Shown here: positions 58,521 to 64,000 of the stretch, piece after piece | Numbering within the stretch: position 1 is the first letter of the stretch | How the letters are laid out: each line of letters starts with the position of its first letter | From: an uncultured Chloroflexia bacterium | GTDB lineage: Bacteria > Chloroflexota > Limnocylindria > Limnocylindrales > CSP1-4 | NCBI GenBank assembly: GCA_963810065.1 | Contig: CAWELX010000007.1 | Coordinates: 1,170,154-1,234,153, forward strand | Reading direction: 5' to 3' | DNA length: 64,000 nucleotides | Position numbers and translations under genes: made by a program | The notes under the pieces: model-generated | The model's database searches: none | Seen by the model: the letters and a program-made list of their open reading frames with translations, nothing else | Told to the model about the DNA's origin: nothing

Positions 58521-60461
58521 TCAGGTATCGATTCCTGCGAACAGGAGCGCGAGCGCGAGAACCCCCGCCGCCGATCCGCCCGCGAGGAGAGCCACGCGCG
58601 AGGCTGCCTGCTCGGTCCGCGGCAGCCGCCCGCCACCGACCGCGAACGACACAGCGAGGACGGCAAGCACCAGGAGCACGAACCCGAGAACGGACGCCGG
58701 ATCGAGCGATCCGTCGACGCGGCCGCTGGTGATCCCCTGTGGGCCCATCGTGAAGGTGAAGCGTTGCCGCGTCACCTCGGTGCCGTCCGCCTCGAGGACG
58801 ACCGCGCTCGCTTCCCACTGGCTGCCGGCCGGCAGGAGGCCGCCGTCGGCGACGAACAGCGCGCCCGGCGCCACGGCCGTCGCCGCCGCGCCGTACGCCC
58901 GATGCAGCTCGATCCTCGACGCACCGACGTTCTCGTCGAGGCGCTGGAGGAGCAGGACGACGGTCCGCCCTTCGTCGACGCCGCCCGGCAGGACCACCCC
59001 GAAGCGGTTCAAGCCCGGCCGGCCCGGCAGCAGGTCGAGCCCGATCTCGAGCGTCGACGGGGCGGTGCTCGGGGCCCGGGCGATCTGGACGGCCTGCTCC
59101 TGGGTGGGAGGCGATCCGCTGGCGAGGTTGCCGGCGGCGAGCAGGACCGTCGCCGCGATGGCCGCCTCGGCGAGCAGCCGACGGCGCAGGTGGTCGGGCG
59201 TCGGCCGGCCCCTGCCGCCGTCGACGAAGTTCGCCGCGCCCAGCCCGAGGGCGGCTGCGAAGATGGCGACCTTGGCCGCCAACGCCACGCCATACGGCGT
59301 CCCGAACGGCAGCAGCTCCCTCGTCTCGGCCCAGGCGGCCGCCGCTCCGGTGAGGCCGATCAGGGCGACGGAGACCAGCGCCAGGGCCGAGAAGCGCGGC
59401 ACGGCCGCTCGCAGCAGCTCGCGTCGATCGTCGGCCAGGGCCAGCCATGCAAGGGCGACGACCCCGGCCAGCCACACCGAGACCGCGCCCAGGTGCACGA
59501 GCATCACGGCGAGCGGGGCCGGCGACGCGAAGGCCGCCGCGTGGCCGCTCAGCGCCAGCACCCCGAGGCCGGCCAGCCCGGCGACGCCGCCGACCACCAC
59601 CGCGGCGGTGGGCCGGCCGAGGCCAAGAAGGGTGAAGGCCGTCGCGGCGCCGACCAGGGCCACGCCGAGCCGCACCAGGATGAGCAGCCCCGGTCGCGTG
59701 CCCGCCAGGTAGCCGGCAACGTCGGCGGGCCCGCCCGCCGCGACGACGGCCAGAACCAGGCCACCCACGCCCCCCGCGACGAGCGCAACGACCTGGGCTG
59801 CCGCAAGGGTGCTCCAGGCGTCGCCGCCGCGCCATCGACGCCGCCAGCTGGACGGCGCGTTCCCGGGGCGCCGTCTGGCCGCGGACCGTCGCCGCCCGGC
59901 GGTCGCAGCCAACGCCGGGCGAAGCACGATGAACGCGAAGACGAAGAGGCCGAATGCGAGCATGGACCCGAGGTACCCCGCCGCTCGCCCGTCGACCTCG
60001 ACGACCGCAGCGCCGGCGTCGTGACCCGCGTGGAGGTTGCCGGGACTCGTGCCGCTCGCCGATCCCGGCGATCCGGTCGAGATGCCCACACCGAACGTGA
60101 AGAAGCCGGTCGTGCTGTGGCCATCCGCCGCCGACATGGCCCGCCACTCGACGGTGTAGACACCATCCGGGAGCGGCGTGGGCAGTTGCACGACCCAGGT
60201 GTGCGCGTCGGCCGGGTCGGTCGTCCCGGCCGGGACCGGGATGTCGCGACCGTCGCCATCGGACAGGGTCAGCCCCGTGAAGCGCGCCTCGACGGGCTCG
60301 CTGAACACGAGGCGGATCTCCGCGGGGCCGACGTCGAGAACGTCAGCCGCACCCGGTGCGCTGCTCACCAGCTGCGAGTGCGCGTCAGCAGGCGTGGCGG
60401 CCAGGCAGAGGAGGAGGACCCACGCGGCCGCGAGCGCGGCCGCGTGGGTTCGCGTGAGCAT
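58521..60461 (-). CDS. CopC-CopD fusion copper transport/resistance protein (YcnJ-like) with an additional C-terminal extracytoplasmic domain
   Basis: Start MLTRTHAAALAAAWVLLLCLAATPADA|HSQLVSSAPGAADVLDVGPAEIRLVFSEPVE... has a signal peptide cleaved to an N-terminal His, as in CopC Cu(II) sites. The ..VYTVEWRAMSAADGHSTTGFFTFGV CopC fold is followed by an 8-TM CopD-like domain and a C-terminal beta domain. Upstream track codons are artefact. Confidence 0.75.
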   Translation of the reverse strand: MLTRTHAAALAAAWVLLLCLAATPADAHSQLVSSAPGAADVLDVGPAEIRLVFSEPVEARFTGLTLSDGDGRDIPVPAGTTDPADAHTWVVQLPTPLPDGVYTVEWRAMSAADGHSTTGFFTFGVGISTGSPGSASGTSPGNLHAGHDAGAAVVEVDGRAAGYLGSMLAFGLFVFAFIVLRPALAATAGRRRSAARRRPGNAPSSWRRRWRGGDAWSTLAAAQVVALVAGGVGGLVLAVVAAGGPADVAGYLAGTRPGLLILVRLGVALVGAATAFTLLGLGRPTAAVVVGGVAGLAGLGVLALSGHAAAFASPAPLAVMLVHLGAVSVWLAGVVALAWLALADDRRELLRAAVPRFSALALVSVALIGLTGAAAAWAETRELLPFGTPYGVALAAKVAIFAAALGLGAANFVDGGRGRPTPDHLRRRLLAEAAIAATVLLAAGNLASGSPPTQEQAVQIARAPSTAPSTLEIGLDLLPGRPGLNRFGVVLPGGVDEGRTVVLLLQRLDENVGASRIELHRAYGAAATAVAPGALFVADGGLLPAGSQWEASAVVLEADGTEVTRQRFTFTMGPQGITSGRVDGSLDPASVLGFVLLVLAVLAVSFAVGGGRLPRTEQAASRVALLAGGSAAGVLALALLFAGIDT

Positions 60462-60492
60462 GGCGGTGCGAAACCTGGGCCGGTTACGCCGG

Positions 60493-61095
60493 TCAGGCCG
60501 GCTTCCGCCGGTTCGCCAGCGCCAGGCCGATGGCGACGATGCCGACGACGAGGCCGGCTCCGCCGAGCACGAGGGCCGGCACCACGAGAGCAGCCGCGTC
60601 CTCGCCCTTCTGCGCCGAGGCTTCCAGCTCGGCCGCGGTCGGGAGCTGGACCGGGAACTGGAGGGCGGTCGCCTCCTGGACCTCGTTGAAGCCCTCCGGG
60701 CTCGAGGTGAACGACTCGTCGATGGCGGCGCCCTCGATCGCACCGGTCAGGTGGAACGTGTAGGGGCCGGCCACCGTCGGGATGAAGACCGACTCGTAGG
60801 CGCCCGGCTCGCCTTCGCGGGTCGAGAGCGGCAGGTCGCGCTTCTGGTCGCCGACGATCACCTCGGCCTTGACGGTCGTTTCGAGACCCTCGACGGGCTG
60901 TCCGTCCTTGTTCACGAAGAACTCCAGGCCGCTCCTCCCGCCGACGTACACCGGCTCGTCGATGAAGCCGACCTCGACCTCGTAGCCGGCGACCTCGCGG
61001 CCTTCGTGGGCCAGGACGGGAGCGGCGGTGAGCAGGAGCAAGAGCAGCGGGATGGCAGCCGCCATCCCGCGACGAATGGCATGCGCGGACAACAT
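60493..61095 (-). CDS. YcnI-like (DUF1775) secreted copper-binding protein with a C-terminal membrane anchor
   Basis: MLSAHAIRRGMAAAIPLLLLLLTAAPVLA|HEGREVAGYEVEVGF... After signal-peptide cleavage the N-terminus is His (the YcnI Cu site), beta-rich. The C-terminus AALVVPALVLGGAGLVVGIVAIGLALANRRKPA is a TM anchor. It lies immediately upstream of CopCD, like ycnI-ycnJ. Confidence 0.6.
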   Translation of the reverse strand: MLSAHAIRRGMAAAIPLLLLLLTAAPVLAHEGREVAGYEVEVGFIDEPVYVGGRSGLEFFVNKDGQPVEGLETTVKAEVIVGDQKRDLPLSTREGEPGAYESVFIPTVAGPYTFHLTGAIEGAAIDESFTSSPEGFNEVQEATALQFPVQLPTAAELEASAQKGEDAAALVVPALVLGGAGLVVGIVAIGLALANRRKPA

Positions 61096-61187
61096 CGGAA
61101 TCCCCCTTCGCGTGCGCGACAACGGCGTGGGCCACGGCCCACGCGGCGACCGAACGCCACGTCGCCAGCGTCCCGGCGAGGGGACGG

Positions 61188-61904
61188 TCAGGCGGCGCGG
61201 GGCACCGCTGGCGGGGCGCGGCCCGGGTCCTGCCGGGCGATGGTCCAGTGGTGGGCGGAGACGGCCGCGGCAATCCAGGAGCCGGCGGCGGGACGCGTTG
61301 CCCGCAGGCCGCTGCGATGGGCACCGGCAGCGACGGCTCGCGCGAGCCGTTCACCGAGGATGGCGATCCGCCACCTGACGAGGGCGCCGACGGCCGCGAG
61401 GATGAACGTGATGGCCGCCAGGGCCGGAAGAGCCAGCGGATTATCCGGCCCGAAGAGCACTCCGAGGCCGGGCACGTGGTGGTGAGCGATGTGCTCCAAG
61501 TTCTCCTGGATGACATAGCCGACGACGACCGCGGCGAAGAGCCGGATCCACAGGACCAGGAGCTCGCCCCGGTACGAGCGCACGGCGGGAGCCCGATCCT
61601 GCAGCCCCAGGGCGAACGCCCCCCGGTGCGGTGTTCCCAGGGCCGCCAGGCGAAGTCGGAGTCGTGCAACGCGCAGCGCTGTGCTCGCGACGAGCGTGGC
61701 TCCCGCGACGCCGACGAGGAGCATGTAGACGGGCCAGTAGCCGTCGTGGCCGCTCTGCCGCATGGCGGCGGCGAACGTGTCGCCGATCCCGTACTCCGCC
61801 AGGAAGATGGCGTCGTGCGCGACGAAGAGCGCGACGATCGTGAGCAGGACAAAACGGCCGCTTCCTGCGGCCCGAGCGGTCGACCGGGAAGCCCGCCAAG
61901 TCAT
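61188..61904 (-). CDS. Hypothetical integral membrane protein (6 TM, HHH motif)
   Basis: MTWRASRSTARAAGSGRFVLLTIVALFVAHDAIFLAEYG... with hydrophobic helices throughout and ..NLEHIAHHHVPG. The start overlaps the AbiEi-like stop (ATGA 61901-61904). Confidence 0.45.
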   Translation of the reverse strand: MTWRASRSTARAAGSGRFVLLTIVALFVAHDAIFLAEYGIGDTFAAAMRQSGHDGYWPVYMLLVGVAGATLVASTALRVARLRLRLAALGTPHRGAFALGLQDRAPAVRSYRGELLVLWIRLFAAVVVGYVIQENLEHIAHHHVPGLGVLFGPDNPLALPALAAITFILAAVGALVRWRIAILGERLARAVAAGAHRSGLRATRPAAGSWIAAAVSAHHWTIARQDPGRAPPAVPRAA

Positions 61905-62603
61905 GGTCGCGCCATCATAGGGCCCCGTCGCGCGGTTGCACTCCCCCAACCTTGGGGTACGGCCCATCGCCCGGTGCCATGGAGCAGGTGGCCCGGCTCG
62001 GCGAGGGCGAGCTCGACCAGCTGTTCGACCCGGCGACCTCGACCGCGCCCTGCCTCCCGGAGGCGACTCGGCGTGGTCAGGCCACGGTTGACGGCCTCCC
62101 GGATAGCGCGTGCGACCTGCTTGGGCGCCACCCCGGCCGCGGCGACATCGGCGATCGTCCGGCCGGGCGCGGTCAGGCGCATCCCGTTCCGGACGACCAC
62201 GCTGGACCCGTCAAGCGGCCGCGTCGTCGTGTGCAGCGCGACCCCGGGTCGCCGCGAGAGCTTCCGTCGGCTCCGCGGGACGGACAGGTGGATCTGCTCG
62301 GGGATGACGTCCGAGAGCCCGAAGACCTCAAGCGCGGATTCGTGCGGACACGACGGGAGCGAGACTGAGCCAGGCCGCGAGGAGTTCCTCACGGGGTGAC
62401 GACGGGTAGTCTCGGAGCCGGTACACGCCTCGAGCGACACGGACGAAGCGGCCGCTCCTTGCATGATGGTTGAGCAGCGGAGAGCTGAAGCCGAGTTCAC
62501 GGGCCTGGGCCGTGGTGAAGTAGCCTGCCTGTCCGGTTGCGATCGCGAAGAGGCGTGCGTGATCAGGGCACGAGGCACGTGTCGTGTCGTCCATCTCGTG
62601 CAT
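61901..62603 (-). CDS. AbiEi-family (type IV TA antitoxin-like) transcriptional regulator domain protein, one apparent frameshift; no AbiEii partner present
   Basis: N-term (frame of ORF 62328..62603) MHEMDDTTRASCPDHARLFAIATGQAGYFTTAQARELGFSSPLLNHHARSGRFVRVARGVYRL (AbiEi_4 wHTH). The C-term (frame of 61901..62851) reads HESALEVFGLSDVIPEQIHLSVPRSRRK..PGVALHTTTRPL...GMRLTAPGRTIADVAAAG...EAVNRGLTT. A single extra base at ~62,335 separates them. Confidence 0.55.
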
Positions 62604-63026
62604 AGTACGTAGGTTTGGAACGACATCGCGCGCGGCGTGGGCATCATCGGGTCACCCGCCGCGGCTCCGCGACCCGCGACATGGCTCCGCCTTCGGCTGG
62701 TGATCCGGCCCCGAACGCTACCAGGGGGGACCCGTTCCCCGCCCCAACCCAACCCCGGGCGCCGCCTGACCAGCTCCTCAGCTCCCCGTCTGATCAGGTC
62801 TTTGAACGAGGTTCGCTCCCACCAGGCGATCGCCTTGAGCCGATCCGCCACCCGCCACGGGAGCAGGAGTGCTCGCGGTCGGGGGCGGGAGGAGCTGGCT
62901 GGCGCTCCGCGAGGTAGTGCGCCAGGGTGGACCGCAGCTCGTCGAACGCGGCGAGCAACCGCGCCTCGGGGGTCACGGCTTCGGCTCGGCTGACGATCCG
63001 GTCCCTGTGCGGTCGCGTTCGGCGGG

Positions 63027-63503
63027 CTAGCCCATGAGCGTGTATGTGACGGTGAGCGTCCCTGCGGGCTTCACGATGAGCATGTAGGCGAGGATGAGCA
63101 GCCCTAGGCCCACCAAGAGAACGCAGATCAGCGCGACGAGCCAAGCACCGCACCCCCACTGGCCCTGTGCCCAGGACTGGCTCGACACGCTGTAGCCGAG
63201 CGCTGCGAACTGCTGGGCCTCCTCGGAGAACCGGGAGTTGGCGTCCTTCTGCTGCTTCCCCTTGTATTCGCGCACGACGGTCAGCGATAGCGGGTCCTTG
63301 AGTCCGAGTCGCCTCAAAGCCGCCCCTCGCGCCGCAGCGCGCGCCGCCTCGGCATCTCCCGCATTGGCAAGTGAGCCAGGAGCCGAGGCAGCCGACACTG
63401 GAGCAACGGACTCGGAGACCGGAGGCGCGGGCGCAGGGTTGGGGGTAGCGGGCTCTGGCTCGGGTGCACCCGGCTCGGGGCTCGTCGGCTCCATGAGCTG
63501 CAT
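63027..63503 (-). CDS. Hypothetical protein: Pro-rich N-terminus, central soluble segment, C-terminal TM helix
   Basis: MQLMEPTSPEPGAPEPEPATPNPAPAPP...LGLKDPLSLTVVREYKGKQQKDANSRFSEEAQQFAALGYSVSSQSWAQGQWGCGAWLVALICVLLVGLGLLILAYMLIVKPAG. Lys-containing and non-Arg-biased, unlike the artefact ORFs. Confidence 0.4.
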   Translation of the reverse strand: MQLMEPTSPEPGAPEPEPATPNPAPAPPVSESVAPVSAASAPGSLANAGDAEAARAAARGAALRRLGLKDPLSLTVVREYKGKQQKDANSRFSEEAQQFAALGYSVSSQSWAQGQWGCGAWLVALICVLLVGLGLLILAYMLIVKPAGTLTVTYTLMG

Positions 63504-63858
63504 CCTCCGTACTCGTGGTCCAGGGGGCCTAGGCCTCAACCTACAAGGCGCGGGTCGAGCGCAGCAGTGCCAACCCGCCCCATCGCTCGGCACGGCCCCC
63601 GGAGGCTCGGCGCGCGTCCCGTCCCGCGAGCGGAGTGGAACGCCCGGTGCGGAGCCGGATTCAGCCGGGCGCAGCGGGGTCGCCTCGGGCCGTCGCCGGG
63701 AGTCTTCCTCGCGATCCTCGAGGAACGCCTGACGGAGACGCTGGTTCAGGCGGGCCCGGCGGTCGCAACGGGGTCCCTATCGATCATCGGGTTCGTGGCG
63801 GCCATGCCCCCGGCACGAACCCATTGCCGATCTCTATCGAGCTCGTCTTCTGGTTAGG

Positions 63859-64000
63859 TCAGAGGTTGAAGCGGGCGACGAGCGGGCAGTGGTCGGAGAG
63901 ATCCCACACCTCGGGGTGCAACTCTCCCCAGGCGGGCGATGCCTAACGCACGACGAGGACGAACGTTCCCTTCCCGACCGTGAAGCTGTAGTGATTGGGG
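63859..64000 (-). CDS. 3' end of an endonuclease/exonuclease/phosphatase (EEP)-family gene, with an in-frame TAG
   Basis: Minus-strand translation (my own) ..HYSFTVGKGTFVLVVR-TAG-ASPAWGELHPEVWDLSDHCPLVARFNL-TGA. The SDHxPLxxxF C-terminal motif is typical of EEP nucleases/phosphatases. Confidence 0.35.

Noticed and set aside
61901-62603. Complete AbiE (AbiEi/AbiEii) toxin-antitoxin or abortive-infection system
   Set aside because: Only the AbiEi-like wHTH protein is present, and it is frameshifted. The overlapping downstream gene is a 6-TM membrane protein with no nucleotidyltransferase (AbiEii) motifs, and no such ORF was found within 2 kb.

Overview
High-GC (~72%) chromosomal segment, probably from an Actinobacterium. 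A complete, translationally coupled menaquinone operon (menF-D-H-B-A-C-E-ubiE/menG, ~12.4-23.4 kb) points to Actinobacteria. So does the SCO1664 / DUF3090 / MSMEG_4193-type phosphomutase triad at 25.5-27.6 kb. At least 8 further gene junctions show stop/start overlaps (ATGA, GTGA), so transcription is strongly operonic.

Other recognisable content:
- a partial MetE-like gene and a phosphotriesterase-family hydrolase
- a UbiB/ABC1 kinase with an extra N-terminal 4-TM domain
- a GntR-SDR-FAD-oxidoreductase operon
- an ApbE / ferric-reductase-like flavinylation operon with two small secreted proteins
- one OmpR-type and two NarL/DesK-type two-component systems
- an ABC-2 exporter pair
- an ADP-ribosylglycohydrolase fused to a CX5R dual-specificity phosphatase, translationally coupled to a ribokinase
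- two paralogous secreted proteins with a caspase-like His...Cys dyad, flanking the two-component pair
- a Mth938-like protein and a GT4 glycosyltransferase
- a giant (~2,100 aa) secreted multi-domain beta-helix / DUF11 / IPT protein, preceded by a 47-bp tandem repeat that creates a relay of two 16-codon mini-ORFs
- a CopC-CopD plus YcnI-like copper module
- an AbiEi-like gene coupled to a membrane protein
- a partial EEP-family gene

The most striking point is uneven gene integrity. About 40 kb, including all eight men genes, reads cleanly. The 48.6-57.9 kb block (three multicopper-oxidase-like genes, an Ig-repeat / C-terminal-domain gene, a small protein, an S8 subtilase) is riddled with single-base frameshifts plus an in-frame TAG. 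Isolated single frameshifts hit the FAD-oxidoreductase (two), ferric reductase, ApbE, DUF3090, the giant protein and AbiEi. This is either a decaying gene island with real pseudogenes or locally poor consensus quality; it cannot be settled from sequence alone.

No rRNA, tRNA or CRISPR arrays were recognised. Most long ORFs in the six-frame track are antisense or out-of-frame artefacts typical of high-GC DNA.
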